This document shows, in pieces, positions 29,137 to 39,360 of a DNA stretch of 64,000 nt. Below the pieces are notes generated by a model. It was not told the origin of the DNA, did no database searches, and worked only from the letters and a program-made list of their open reading frames with translations. This DNA is from Candidatus Gottesmanbacteria bacterium (GTDB taxonomy: Bacteria; Patescibacteriota; Microgenomatia; UBA10105; UBA927), in NCBI GenBank assembly GCA_963701185.1, contig OY969569.1, forward strand, positions 795,548 through 859,547, in the 5' to 3' direction. Position 1 is the stretch's first letter. Each line of letters starts with the position of its first letter. The position numbers and the translations under genes were made by a program.

Positions 29137-30243
29137 ATGAATATTTCAATTCTCCAAGAAAACCTACTAAAAGCACTCACGCGAACGGGCAGAATCGTTG
29201 CACAAAAAACCCAATTGCCCATCATGCAGAATGTGCTTCTTGCGACGGATGACGCGCGACTCAAAATTGTTGCAACCACCATGGAAACGACAGAGGTTGT
29301 GTGGGCGGGCGCCAAGGTGGAAAGCGAAGGGGGGATATGTGTCTCTTCGAGACTGCTGACTGATCTTGTGATGTCTCTCCCTCAGGATACCATCCATATG
29401 GTGGCCAGAGAGGGGTCTCTTCATGTGAGGTGTAACGGCGTCAACGCGACCATTCCCGGCGTGCCCGCGTCCGAATTCCCTCCTGTTTCTTCCCTGAAAA
29501 AGAAAACAGGAATGAAGCTGGAAAAAACGACGTTTCTGGGCGCGCTCACCGGCGTGCTGTTTGCGGCCGCCACGGACGAGGGGAGGCCGCTTCTGACCGG
29601 CGTCAAAATCGCAACCGGCGACGGATCGGCGCTGTTTGCGGCCACGGACGGGTACCGCCTGTCCATGAAAAAAGTCGCGTCGGGAAAGTTTGGAGATATT
29701 CATTTGGTGATTCCTGCGCGGGCGCTGTCGGAGGTTGTGAAGGTGAGCCAGGAAGAAAAAGAAGTAGGCGTCGTAGAGATGGTAGAGACAGAAGAAGGGC
29801 AGATGGTCTTTACGATTGGAGACACGGAGATCCACACAAGGCCGATTGCCGGCGAATATCCCGATATCGAAAAAATTGTCCCTGCGCGGCACAATACGCG
29901 GGTATTGGTTGATAAAACAAGCCTCCTGCGCGCGGTCAAGTCTGCCTCTATATTTGCCCGGGACAACGCAAACATTCTCCGGCTTCATATTGAAAATCAG
30001 AAAATAATTGTGTCGGCCAACACTCCGCAGGTCGGGGAAAATCATGTGGAGGTGGAGGCCAAAGTGGACGGCGACGGGGGAGACATCGCCTTCAACAGCA
30101 GGTTTTTGCTGGAGTTCCTCAACGGGTTTGCCGGCGAAGAGCTTTTGTTTGAAATGACGGGGTCATTAAACTCCGGAGTCTTCCGCCCCGTGAAGGACGA
30201 CTCCTATCTTCACATCATTATGCCGGTGAGAGTTCAGAGTTGA
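29137..30243 (+). CDS. dnaN: DNA polymerase III beta clamp
   Basis: ATDGYRLS, GEYPD, IAFNSRFL and HIIMPVR. Confidence 0.98.
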   Translation: MNISILQENLLKALTRTGRIVAQKTQLPIMQNVLLATDDARLKIVATTMETTEVVWAGAKVESEGGICVSSRLLTDLVMSLPQDTIHMVAREGSLHVRCNGVNATIPGVPASEFPPVSSLKKKTGMKLEKTTFLGALTGVLFAAATDEGRPLLTGVKIATGDGSALFAATDGYRLSMKKVASGKFGDIHLVIPARALSEVVKVSQEEKEVGVVEMVETEEGQMVFTIGDTEIHTRPIAGEYPDIEKIVPARHNTRVLVDKTSLLRAVKSASIFARDNANILRLHIENQKIIVSANTPQVGENHVEVEAKVDGDGGDIAFNSRFLLEFLNGFAGEELLFEMTGSLNSGVFRPVKDDSYLHIIMPVRVQS

Positions 30244-31229
30244 ATGGGTTCAGCCGGGATCAGCCAGAGAAACAGCGTTGCTTTTTGGATGGAGCCGGTA
30301 TTCGCTACCCCTGTTCCGGTCATGTAGATGGCGGGTAGCAGCAGGTTCTTCTGCGGCGCATAGACGATGGCGCTCTCCTCTATAACAAAGCGAGAAAAGC
30401 CGGGAATTTCTCCCTGCTCGGGCGTCTGTGGGTTGTGCGTATCCAAAAGCGTCCCTCGCCCCGCGGCAAGATTTTCAAGAATCTGATCGCCCGTCAAAAG
30501 CGGCACTGCGGCTCCCGCCTGAAATGACGCAGGCGGCGGGACAATGTTTGCAAAACGGATGATGCCGCCGCTGTCGGCGATGACGGAAACGGGCTCAATA
30601 CTTAAGTCGGGCGTCAACAGCGGGTAGGACGCCACGGTATAGGAATAGAAGTAATTTTTAAATGATGTCGGGGAGGGCGTGTCCAGTACGAGGAGTCCGT
30701 CAAAAGGGCCGCTTGTTGTTCCTGCGGCTTGTATGGAAAGGTTTGGTGTCGCAGGAACGAGGGTCTGTAAAAATTGCCGTACGGCGGCGTCCTGTGTGAT
30801 CGTATTTGGAGCCTGTTTGCTCTTTACCTGGCGGAAGGTGACAGAAATTATCCCGTTTGTTTGAGTGACCGCAAGGGCAGCCTCATCCGGCCGGGACCAC
30901 GTTTTGGTATATGAGCCGCCGCGGATAAGCGTGCTTGGGGTAGCGTCCAGGTCAAGGGCGGCAGCGGCGTTTCCGGCAGTTTTTTCAACAGATGAAAGAG
31001 GCGCCGGCTGAAACGTATATATCGGAAGCGATGCGGGAATGGTGGGAGGCGCGGAGAATGAGAACGCGACCTTTGCCGGCTGAGTAAATATGCCAGTCGG
31101 CCCGGGCGCGGCAAGTGTCGGTTCGGGGTGGGAGGAAGGGGGAGGCGCGGACTGACGCACAACAAGCGCCAGCACGGCGGCAACACCGACGATAAAAATA
31201 ATCCCAACAAACAGTAGTTTTTTATTCAT
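30234..31229 (-). CDS. Membrane-anchored hypothetical protein (last gene of the T4SS-like operon)
   Basis: N-terminal TM helix; coupled to the M23 gene; overlaps the dnaN 3' end by 10 bp. Confidence 0.7.
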   Translation of the reverse strand: MNKKLLFVGIIFIVGVAAVLALVVRQSAPPPSSHPEPTLAAPGPTGIFTQPAKVAFSFSAPPTIPASLPIYTFQPAPLSSVEKTAGNAAAALDLDATPSTLIRGGSYTKTWSRPDEAALAVTQTNGIISVTFRQVKSKQAPNTITQDAAVRQFLQTLVPATPNLSIQAAGTTSGPFDGLLVLDTPSPTSFKNYFYSYTVASYPLLTPDLSIEPVSVIADSGGIIRFANIVPPPASFQAGAAVPLLTGDQILENLAAGRGTLLDTHNPQTPEQGEIPGFSRFVIEESAIVYAPQKNLLLPAIYMTGTGVANTGSIQKATLFLWLIPAEPIQL

Positions 31230-31230
31230 A

Positions 31231-33273
31231 CTATTTTCTCCCCGTGGTTATCGCCGTTGCCGGACACGCCTTTGTGCATCCTGACACATTTGATACACAG
31301 CCGTTAATCGCTTCGGGCGACAGCTTTGGGTTCCCGGTGGGCACAAAATCCAGAACGTTGCCGCCCGAAAGTACGCCAAAGTGCAGATGGGTGCCTGTGG
31401 AGTTTCCCGTCTGATCCATCCACCCCAACTGCGCGTGCGCGTCAACGTGTTGTCCTGCCCGTACCGCAATGGCACTCTCCAGATGGCCAAAAATGAGCGT
31501 GTACCCATCGTCTGTTTTTAGAATAACATGATTGCCGTACCCTGCATATGCCGGGCTTCCGCCGCATGTGTTGCCGGGGCGCCCGGAATTGTTTGAACAC
31601 CCCCCATAGGCCTCAATGACGGTTCCTGCCCTCGGTGTGTAGACGGGGCCTCCGGAAAAACTGGCAATATCAATGCCGTTTGCCGCCGATCCCGCCGCAT
31701 GTGATGTTCTGGCGGTACAATGTGCCGCAGTGCGCGGCCCCTGGGAAATGTAGCCGCTTGCCGGCCAGCGGCAATCGCCGGAACAGGCAGTAAACTTGCA
31801 CTGCGGATTATCGGGCGTCAGTTGGCAATTGACGACTGGGCCGCCCTCCATGCCGCCCTCGGCGCTTGTGGCAATCGACGTGTCGATCATGGACTGGTTA
31901 AATGCGGGGAGATTTAAGAGGGGGAATATCGGAAGGAAGAAAACAAGGACAACGCCCGCCCCGACAACAAGAATCAGGTTGTCTTCGGGGTTTTTGCTGT
32001 TGCCCATAAACAGAAGGCTTTTGAAGACGGAGACGGCTTTATTAACCGCCCCTTTGAGAAGATCCGCCCCGATCATTATCAATGCGCCCACGCCGCCCGT
32101 GGCGGCCCCGGTAGCCGCCTCCAATCCCAGTTTTGTTACCCCGCTGACCGCCGCCTTTTTTACCCCTGCCTTAATTCCTGCCCGTATGGCATAATTGGCG
32201 CCCGTCCAAACGAGCCGCCGGCCGTAACCCAGGACGACCGGACTGTAACAAGGGATATTGCCCACAACGACCCCCTGCGATGCGACGAGCCGGTATGTTT
32301 CGATATAGGTAATGACGCGTTCGGTTGCCGGACCGCGGAACACCGTTGTGGCGACATCGGAAACGAGGGCGGTAAATTTGGATGTAACTTTTAGCGCGCT
32401 TTTCTGGTCGCTCATCATGCGGTTGGCGTCAGTCTGCAGCGCCGTAAACCAGGAAGAATTTACAAAATCTGCCCCCCACCTGTCCGTCATCGTTCCCATG
32501 ACGGTTTGCGGCAGCGCCTCGGGGTGATTGACAATAGTAGTCAGCGGCTGCAGGAGAATTTTATTGACGACCGCTTCTTTGGCGGCGAGGGGTACGACAG
32601 CGTCCAGCACGGACGCAACACTTTTTTGAAAATCATTGGACGCAAGTATGGAAAAAGATTGTGGGGGCGGAAATGTGCCGGCGGGGGAGGAGAGAACCTT
32701 CGCAGCCTCAGTTGCTTCAACCGCGCGGGGAACGAGCTCTTTGATTTCGCGGTCCGGCTGTTCGGAAGCAAACGAAGCCAGCGCGTGAAAAACGAGCGCT
32801 TTTTCTTCCGGCGGCCCGGGGTAACGGATCGCGGCGCTGATGGCGCCCTGTATCCGCTCCGGTGATACCGGAGCGCCCTCCCGTTCCGGCGGCACGGGCG
32901 CCCGCATTTCGGGGAGCGGTCCATTTGATTTTTTTGCGTTTTCTTTTAGCGCCTCAACGAATTTTTTTGACGCCGTTGCCGCATTGACCCTTTGCTCTTT
33001 TGCCGCGGCAAACTCGCGGTCAAACTCCTCAACCAGTTCGTTAATCTTGGGGTTGATATTTCGCTGGATCCCGTCGGTTTCAGCGGCCGGCATTGTTATT
33101 TCAAAAAAGCGCAGGAACGCCTCGGTTGGCTCTCTGAGAAAAGGCCACGATCCAAAAGGGTTTGCCTCCGGATATTTATTAAAAAACCCTTCAAGCGTTT
33201 CCGGATCCTCCTGGAGCTTCAGCAAGCACCCGAGCGCCCGTTCGATTTCTTGTGATGATGCAAATTCTGCCAT
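31231..33273 (-). CDS. Membrane protein with C-terminal M23 peptidase (cell-wall hydrolase of the T4SS-like locus)
   Basis: H..GID, GYGNHVIL, GHL and TGNSTGTHLHF; Gly/Ala-rich and TM segments upstream. Confidence 0.85.
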   Translation of the reverse strand: MAEFASSQEIERALGCLLKLQEDPETLEGFFNKYPEANPFGSWPFLREPTEAFLRFFEITMPAAETDGIQRNINPKINELVEEFDREFAAAKEQRVNAATASKKFVEALKENAKKSNGPLPEMRAPVPPEREGAPVSPERIQGAISAAIRYPGPPEEKALVFHALASFASEQPDREIKELVPRAVEATEAAKVLSSPAGTFPPPQSFSILASNDFQKSVASVLDAVVPLAAKEAVVNKILLQPLTTIVNHPEALPQTVMGTMTDRWGADFVNSSWFTALQTDANRMMSDQKSALKVTSKFTALVSDVATTVFRGPATERVITYIETYRLVASQGVVVGNIPCYSPVVLGYGRRLVWTGANYAIRAGIKAGVKKAAVSGVTKLGLEAATGAATGGVGALIMIGADLLKGAVNKAVSVFKSLLFMGNSKNPEDNLILVVGAGVVLVFFLPIFPLLNLPAFNQSMIDTSIATSAEGGMEGGPVVNCQLTPDNPQCKFTACSGDCRWPASGYISQGPRTAAHCTARTSHAAGSAANGIDIASFSGGPVYTPRAGTVIEAYGGCSNNSGRPGNTCGGSPAYAGYGNHVILKTDDGYTLIFGHLESAIAVRAGQHVDAHAQLGWMDQTGNSTGTHLHFGVLSGGNVLDFVPTGNPKLSPEAINGCVSNVSGCTKACPATAITTGRK

Positions 33274-33277
33274 AGCC

Positions 33278-35176
33278 TTATACCTTTTCTACGGTAAATA
33301 TCGGGCGGGAGCTTTTATCTTCTTCGGTTATCATGGTTGGTTTTTCCTGCGGCGCGGTAGCCTTTATCTGAACCTGTTTTTCTAATTCCTGTGGTTTAGT
33401 TGTGGCAAGCGCGTGTTCTTCAGGTGAAGAAATGACCCTAATGGCCGCGTGGGCCGGTCCGGCAAAAAACAACCCCTCGCCGATATCGGCAGACAAGAGA
33501 AGGTGCTGTTCCCCCTCGGAGAGATAGAAGACATCAGCGACCTTGTCGATGGCGGCGGACGACTGTTTAAGCAGTATCTGAACACTGCTGTTTTGAATGA
33601 TGGATTTTCCGAGGTCAACGGTTAAAAAATCTTCGACATCCTGAGTAATGGTCGTGAGACCGAGATAATATTTGCGCGCTCGTTTGGCAATAGAATTGAG
33701 GAATGCCCCGGAATCAGGATATTTCATCATGTACCACGCCTCGTCAACGATGAGGATCCGGCGTTTGGCGTCGCGGCGTATTTTGGTCCAGATATAGTCA
33801 AGGATAAGGTACATGGCGATGGGCCGCAGCTCATCCTCCAAATCCCGGATGGAGAATACCGTGAGCTGGTTTCGTATTTCCACGTTGGTCTGCCGGTCAA
33901 AAATCCCGACCAGACTCCCTTTGACGAATTTTTCTATGCGGTCGGCAAGACCCCGCGCAGTCGGATCTTCCATACCGGTAAGGGCTTTATACAAATCTTC
34001 CATGAGCGGCGGCTCGCGGGTCTGGGTGGCGGGATCCGGCGTAATGCCTTTTTGTTTGTAGGTAAGGATCAGGGCCCGGTCAAGGAGGGCATCTTCCGTG
34101 GGAGTGAGCTTTCCCATGACAACGCGGAAAAATCCGTGCAGGGACAATATCTTTTGGTTGAGCTCGCTTTCCCCCCCTGCGCCTTTCGTTTGGGTGAACA
34201 AAGACAGGTCAAACGGATTGATTTTTGTCGTTGAGCCGAAGTGGAAGCGGATGTATTCGCCGCCTAAGGCGTGGGAGAGTGATTCGTATTCTGATTCCGG
34301 ATCGATGACGATGACCTCCGTGTCGAACATAAGACTGCGCATAATTTCCAGTTTCACCATGTACGATTTTCCAGAACCGGATTTTCCGAAGACCACCGTA
34401 TTTGCATTCTCTAAGGTAAACCGGTCAAAAATAACAAGGCTGTCATTATGTTCGTTGATGCCGTACAGAACCCCTTCATTGGCGGTGAGCTCCGATGTCG
34501 TAAACGGAAATGTGGTGGCAAGGGACGTGGTATCCATATTCCTGGTGATAACGAGCCGGTCGCGCCCCATGGGGAGCGTCGTTTTGAAGCCTTCCTCCAT
34601 CTGCAGGATTGCGCGCTTGGTGATAATCAGAAGAGCCGCAAGGGCGGCTTCAACCTGTTTTGTCGTTTTATTGAGGTCCTCCAGATTTTTGGCAGGGACC
34701 GTGATATACAGGGCAAACTGAAAAAAGCGCTGGGAGCCCTTGGCCAGCTCCTGCTGGAGAGATACCGCATCTTCAAGCGCGACTTGAATGGAGGGCTCTG
34801 TTGCCCTTCCGCGCTTCATGTCCGACTGGATTGTGGCCTCCATTTCGCCGACCCTGCGCTTGAGGTTTTCCAACACCTCTTCGCTTTTAGTGGGATAGAC
34901 ATACATGGCAATATCCAGCGTGTGATTGAAAGAAATAAGCGGCTCCAGCCAATTGGCGGATACAAACCGCGGATACCCGGCAACGAAGAGCGTGCGGAAA
35001 TACCGGTCGCCGATTTTTATCGTATCAAAATCCACTTCAATTGCCGGCGGGGCGACGAGGTCTTTTATGGTCATGGGGCCCTGCCTGTCGGCAGGCAGGC
35101 CGCCGTCTCCGGTCGAGGCGGGCATGGGATTGATGAATTTTTTCACTGCAGATTGTACGCGTTTGGTTAGATCCAT
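33278..35176 (-). CDS. VirB4-like ATPase
   Basis: LENANTVVFGKSGSGKS, VIDPESEY, INPFD, IVDEAW and KRARKY..ITQDV. Confidence 0.92.
   Translation of the reverse strand: MDLTKRVQSAVKKFINPMPASTGDGGLPADRQGPMTIKDLVAPPAIEVDFDTIKIGDRYFRTLFVAGYPRFVSANWLEPLISFNHTLDIAMYVYPTKSEEVLENLKRRVGEMEATIQSDMKRGRATEPSIQVALEDAVSLQQELAKGSQRFFQFALYITVPAKNLEDLNKTTKQVEAALAALLIITKRAILQMEEGFKTTLPMGRDRLVITRNMDTTSLATTFPFTTSELTANEGVLYGINEHNDSLVIFDRFTLENANTVVFGKSGSGKSYMVKLEIMRSLMFDTEVIVIDPESEYESLSHALGGEYIRFHFGSTTKINPFDLSLFTQTKGAGGESELNQKILSLHGFFRVVMGKLTPTEDALLDRALILTYKQKGITPDPATQTREPPLMEDLYKALTGMEDPTARGLADRIEKFVKGSLVGIFDRQTNVEIRNQLTVFSIRDLEDELRPIAMYLILDYIWTKIRRDAKRRILIVDEAWYMMKYPDSGAFLNSIAKRARKYYLGLTTITQDVEDFLTVDLGKSIIQNSSVQILLKQSSAAIDKVADVFYLSEGEQHLLLSADIGEGLFFAGPAHAAIRVISSPEEHALATTKPQELEKQVQIKATAPQEKPTMITEEDKSSRPIFTVEKV
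35080..35099. repeat. Short palindrome CCTGCCTG-TCGG-CAGGCAGG in the VirB4 N-terminal region
   Basis: Perfect 8-bp inverted repeat, read as LPADRQ. Confidence 0.55.
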
Positions 35177-35180
35177 AGGT

Positions 35181-35840
35181 TTAGGTTCCCACCGCCTTTT
35201 CGATATTTTCAGCGCTCACAATCGGCGCGCCCTGGTTATAGATTTCGTAAAACAGCCGCACGAGCCGCTCATTGGTTAATTGTTTTGCCGAGAGACCTAT
35301 GCGGTTGCAAAGCCGTATGATTTGGTCCCCTTTGGGGGTAAGGACAATTATGGCCCGTTCGAAAATATAGGGCCTCGGGTACGGGAGGCCCCGCCTTTTG
35401 GACCCGCCAAGAAGCACGTTGGCGCTTGCCCCCAGCTCCAGATATGAAAACGGTACGACAATATAAAACTTTTTATCCAGCACATCTTTCTCCTTGACGG
35501 TGGCCGCCACAAACAGGCGGTATCCGTGCATGGCAGCGGCAAGCTTCGGATTTTTTTGCGTTTTTTCCCTGTCCTCCAGCGTCCGGAGGTATGCCGTCAC
35601 GTCTTTGTGTTGGGTGCGGATCAAAATTTCAATCGGGAAGGAGAGCGAATTTAACAGACCCGCGTACGCGTAAATAATTGCATCCTGTTCCTTTTCGGAT
35701 AGCAATCCGAAATTAACCGCGGTCGCGGATATAACCATGGAGCAGGAGCCGTCGGCGTACATGACCAGACCATGGTCAATGGTTTCTATTTCCGTGAATA
35801 GCTGTGTTGAGGATCTGATGGGTACGATTGGGTCAGGCAT
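35181..35840 (-). CDS. Conserved T4SS-associated protein (between PrgI and VirB4)
   Basis: STQLF..AVNFGLLSEKEQDAIIYAYAGLLNSLSFPI..KKFYIVVPF. Confidence 0.75.
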   Translation of the reverse strand: MPDPIVPIRSSTQLFTEIETIDHGLVMYADGSCSMVISATAVNFGLLSEKEQDAIIYAYAGLLNSLSFPIEILIRTQHKDVTAYLRTLEDREKTQKNPKLAAAMHGYRLFVAATVKEKDVLDKKFYIVVPFSYLELGASANVLLGGSKRRGLPYPRPYIFERAIIVLTPKGDQIIRLCNRIGLSAKQLTNERLVRLFYEIYNQGAPIVSAENIEKAVGT

Positions 35841-35850
35841 ATGGGTATAA

Positions 35851-37035
35851 CTATGTCGGTGCCCCGAACAATTCCTTCTCAAGCTTTGCCCGCGTGATTT
35901 CTTTTTCGGTTTTTGCAAAAATCTCAAGCGCCGGTACGATCGACCCGTTGAGGGTGATCTGGGCGCGGTCAAAGGTAAAGCGAAGCCGGGGGTCTTCCGT
36001 TTCCACAAAATAGATGCCGTTGGGAAGCTGGGTGGACGCCGCAAACTGGCCAAGGCGGTTGGTTTTGAGGGCCCGCAGCGGCATGCCGTCTTTGTCTTTT
36101 ACTGTTACCAGGACGCCGGGCAGCAAATTTTTGTCTTTGTCTTTGACGATTCCGGTGACGATGTTGGGAAATGTCGTGAGGCGTGGTAATCCCACTTTTG
36201 CCGCGCGTCCGGGACCTATGACCTGAATGGTGGGCATCTTCGCCTGCCCGGCGGGTGTTTGCGTAACGGTAGTAGTGGGAGGGTTATATTCAGGAGGGCT
36301 TTGAAGCGAACGGAGTTTGGCGAGTTCCGCCATCATCTTTTCCTGTTCGGCCAAGAGCTCGGTTAGCTGGGCCTGCAGTTCCGCGACACGCGATTCCGCC
36401 GCGGTTTTACTCTCCAATTCCGAGGTGAGTTTTTTGAGTTTGTCTTCCAGGGCTGATTCTTTTTGCTGGGTCTCTGTAAGCTCTTTTGAAACATTTGGTG
36501 CGGGTCTTACAATAGGCGGCGGAGAAAGGTCCATGTGCGGCACCGGCGCCGTCTTGGGTTTGGGCGCCCACAAATCGGCAAGCCGATCAGCGATGCCCTT
36601 TTTGGGAGCAGATACAGTTACGACGCCGGCAGTAGTAGCCGGCGGCGAAGGAACAAAAATATTCTGCAAAATATCTCCCTTTCGGGTTGGGGGAGATGCC
36701 GGGGCGGTTTGTGTTTTTTCCGGCACTGCGGGCCGGGGATTCTCGGTTTTTGGCCGGCTCCAGACATACTGCGTTGGGTTATAAATACTCTTGATAAACG
36801 AAAGGACCCATACATCCATAGGGCGTTCCTCAATCGGCACAAACGCGAGCCCGAATCCGGCAACCGCACTGGTGACCGCCAGCGGCAGGGTAATGAAAAA
36901 CGGCAAGGGCAGCTTGTACATGATGTAGGCTCCAATCGCTCCTCCGACCAAATACCCGAATTGTTTGAGGGTCATGTCGCCGATGAGGCGGAATTGAAAT
37001 GTCGTAACGTTTTGCGGGACAGGATGTTGTTCCAT
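35851..37035 (-). CDS. PrgI-family protein with coiled coil and C-terminal carboxypeptidase-regulatory-like beta domain
   Basis: QHPVPQNVTTFQFRLIGDMTLKQF, two TM helices, and RALKTNRLGQF. Confidence 0.85.
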   Translation of the reverse strand: MEQHPVPQNVTTFQFRLIGDMTLKQFGYLVGGAIGAYIMYKLPLPFFITLPLAVTSAVAGFGLAFVPIEERPMDVWVLSFIKSIYNPTQYVWSRPKTENPRPAVPEKTQTAPASPPTRKGDILQNIFVPSPPATTAGVVTVSAPKKGIADRLADLWAPKPKTAPVPHMDLSPPPIVRPAPNVSKELTETQQKESALEDKLKKLTSELESKTAAESRVAELQAQLTELLAEQEKMMAELAKLRSLQSPPEYNPPTTTVTQTPAGQAKMPTIQVIGPGRAAKVGLPRLTTFPNIVTGIVKDKDKNLLPGVLVTVKDKDGMPLRALKTNRLGQFAASTQLPNGIYFVETEDPRLRFTFDRAQITLNGSIVPALEIFAKTEKEITRAKLEKELFGAPT

Positions 37036-37190
37036 ATATAACAAACGACGAGCGTCGCTATAGTAATTATTCTAAAAGGTAATTTTGCATGGCGCAATAG
37101 TGCAAAGCGCATCAGGACCGTGAAAACTGAAAATTTTTCCGTGAAAATTTTCATCCCGAGCGAAGTCGAAGGATATGCTACAATGAGCGT

Positions 37191-37754
37191 ATGAAAATCG
37201 GAATTCTCGGCGGTTCGTTTGATCCGCCGCACTTCGGACACCTTCTTCTGGCCCGGCAGACGAGAGAAATTATGGGCTTGGATGAAATTTGGCTTATGCC
37301 GTATTTTGCTCACAGTTGGGACCCGACTCTCTCGCCGGCCGCAGACCGGCTTGCGATGGCCAAACTTATCGAAGAACCCGGCATTGTGGTGTCGGAGGAG
37401 GAAATAGGAGAGAGGACGACAAACTACACCATCGATACCGTCCGCCGGCTGAAAACCAAGAACCACCATACATTTTCTTGGATTGTCGGCAGCGATATTT
37501 TGGAGGAATTTGAGCGGTGGCGCGACCACGATGCGCTTTCGGAGGAAGTGCCGTTTCTCGTATTTCCGCGAAACGGATACCCGACGTCCTCGGCTCTCCC
37601 GCCGGGATTCACACTCATTGATTCTCCCGACATCATTACGTCAAACATTTCCTCCACGATCGTACGGAAGCGCCTGCAGCAGTCGCATTCGGTGGTCGGG
37701 CTCATTCCTGCCGATGTGCTCGCCTACATTCATGAGCACGGACTGTATAAATAA
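37191..37754 (+). CDS. nadD: Nicotinate-nucleotide adenylyltransferase
   Basis: GGSFDPPHFGH, YTIDT, WIVGSD and ISSTIVR. Confidence 0.95.
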   Translation: MKIGILGGSFDPPHFGHLLLARQTREIMGLDEIWLMPYFAHSWDPTLSPAADRLAMAKLIEEPGIVVSEEEIGERTTNYTIDTVRRLKTKNHHTFSWIVGSDILEEFERWRDHDALSEEVPFLVFPRNGYPTSSALPPGFTLIDSPDIITSNISSTIVRKRLQQSHSVVGLIPADVLAYIHEHGLYK

Positions 37755-37793
37755 AATTCTAAGTATTAAGTTTTGGGTACTTAGCATTTAAAT

Positions 37794-38549
37794 ATGAAAC
37801 TTATAGATCCGCAGCAGACGTCCGAACAATTGACCAACTTTTTGAAAACCAGTTTCGCGCGCGCAGGTTTTTCCAACGCCGTGATCGGGCTTTCCGGGGG
37901 CGTGGATTCGGCAACAAGCTGTATTCTGGCTATCCGGGCACTCGGCGCCGATCATGTGTATCCGGTGCTTTTGCCGTACGGCGTTCTCAGTACGCAGGCG
38001 ACGCTGGATGCCATGAGCGTCATCGAACTGCTCAAAATTTCTCCGTCGAATGTTACCCGCGTTGACATTAAACCCGTGATTGACCCCATAGCGCCGCAAG
38101 ACAATATTCGCCGGGGCAATATGATGGCACGAACCCGCATGATGATTTTGTTTGACCAGGCAAAGAAACGTGACGCTTTGGTAGTGGGGACGGAAAATAA
38201 AAGCGAGCATCTCCTGGGTTACTTTACCCGGTACGGAGACGAGGCAAGCGATATTGAGCCCTTGCGGAATCTCTACAAAACTCAGGTGTATGAATTGGCA
38301 AAATATCTGGGCGTGCCTGAGGCGATTCTCACCAAAAAGCCCACGGCGGGTCTGTGGGAAGGGCAGACGGACGAAGGAGAATTCGGATTTACCTACAAAG
38401 ACGCGGATGAGATTCTGTTTCTCTCATTCGACGAAAAAAAATCGGATGAGCAAATTATTGCCGCAGGATTTTTCAAAGAAATTGTGGAAAAAGTGCTGGC
38501 CCGCGTCCGCGCCAATGACTTCAAACACCATTTGCCAATAATCCTATAG
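37794..38549 (+). CDS. nadE: NH3-dependent NAD+ synthetase
   Basis: GLSGGVDS, GNMMARTRM, GYFTRYGD and PTAGLWEGQTDE. Confidence 0.96.
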   Translation: MKLIDPQQTSEQLTNFLKTSFARAGFSNAVIGLSGGVDSATSCILAIRALGADHVYPVLLPYGVLSTQATLDAMSVIELLKISPSNVTRVDIKPVIDPIAPQDNIRRGNMMARTRMMILFDQAKKRDALVVGTENKSEHLLGYFTRYGDEASDIEPLRNLYKTQVYELAKYLGVPEAILTKKPTAGLWEGQTDEGEFGFTYKDADEILFLSFDEKKSDEQIIAAGFFKEIVEKVLARVRANDFKHHLPIIL

Positions 38550-38550
38550 T

Positions 38551-38579
38551 TTGACTTTTCTTTAAAAAAATGGTATAAA
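38551..38579 (+). promoter_or_regulatory. sigma70-type promoter
   Basis: TTGACT, 17 bp, TATAAA (with TG extension), 8 nt before ATG 38588. Confidence 0.55.
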
Positions 38580-38587
38580 TTTGAACC

Positions 38588-39268
38588 ATGTCTAGATCAG
38601 AAAATGGAAAAGGTGTAACACCAAAAGAAAACACTATTTGGTATCAATCTCTTCAAAGAGCGGGTCTTGCGTTACGAGAACGGCGAATAGACACAGCTCT
38701 GAACGAACTGGAGTTTGCGAGTAACAACCGTCCAACCCAAAACAAAGATGAGCTGCCCGGATTTTTCTATGACCCTCAATATTCAATGTGTATTCCACAT
38801 GGTGTAGTGGGACTAGCGTATACCGCCGTCACAATTTATCAAGATACAGATGCCGCATACAGAATTCTTAATTTTGTAGAGGAAAAATGGGATGAAAAGG
38901 GAACTGCACTTGAAGATACCTGGTTTGAATTATCGAAAGAAGCAATAAAACAGAAGAGGTTTGAAGATGCATCTGTTTTTTTCCGTCGAAGCAGAGATGC
39001 CCATCGAACCCAATATCAAGAGCGTATTCCGTTTTTTGAATTGTGGAATTATTGTCGGTCATATATAAGAAATTGGTATACTGACAGACAATATGCAGAT
39101 GCTGCAGGCGCACTTTTCATGGTTGCACGAAACGGTAAAGATCCAGAGGTAGGTATGATGGCCGAACGATTAGCAAGGAAATTATTAGATGGGGATGCTT
39201 GGGCGGATTGGGAGGGTTTTCACAAAGCTATACGAGAATTAGACAAGGCATTGGGCGCTCCATGGTAA
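38588..39268 (+). CDS. Helical (TPR-like) hypothetical protein, AT-rich
   Basis: 226-aa ORF with its own promoter. Confidence 0.65.
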   Translation: MSRSENGKGVTPKENTIWYQSLQRAGLALRERRIDTALNELEFASNNRPTQNKDELPGFFYDPQYSMCIPHGVVGLAYTAVTIYQDTDAAYRILNFVEEKWDEKGTALEDTWFELSKEAIKQKRFEDASVFFRRSRDAHRTQYQERIPFFELWNYCRSYIRNWYTDRQYADAAGALFMVARNGKDPEVGMMAERLARKLLDGDAWADWEGFHKAIRELDKALGAPW

Positions 39269-39360
39269 AGTGATGATATTAAACGCCGCTTGGCAATACT
39301 ACTGTAATGTAACCTTCGTCTTGCGCCCCACCTCCCACTAGCGATACAATCGTGGTATCT

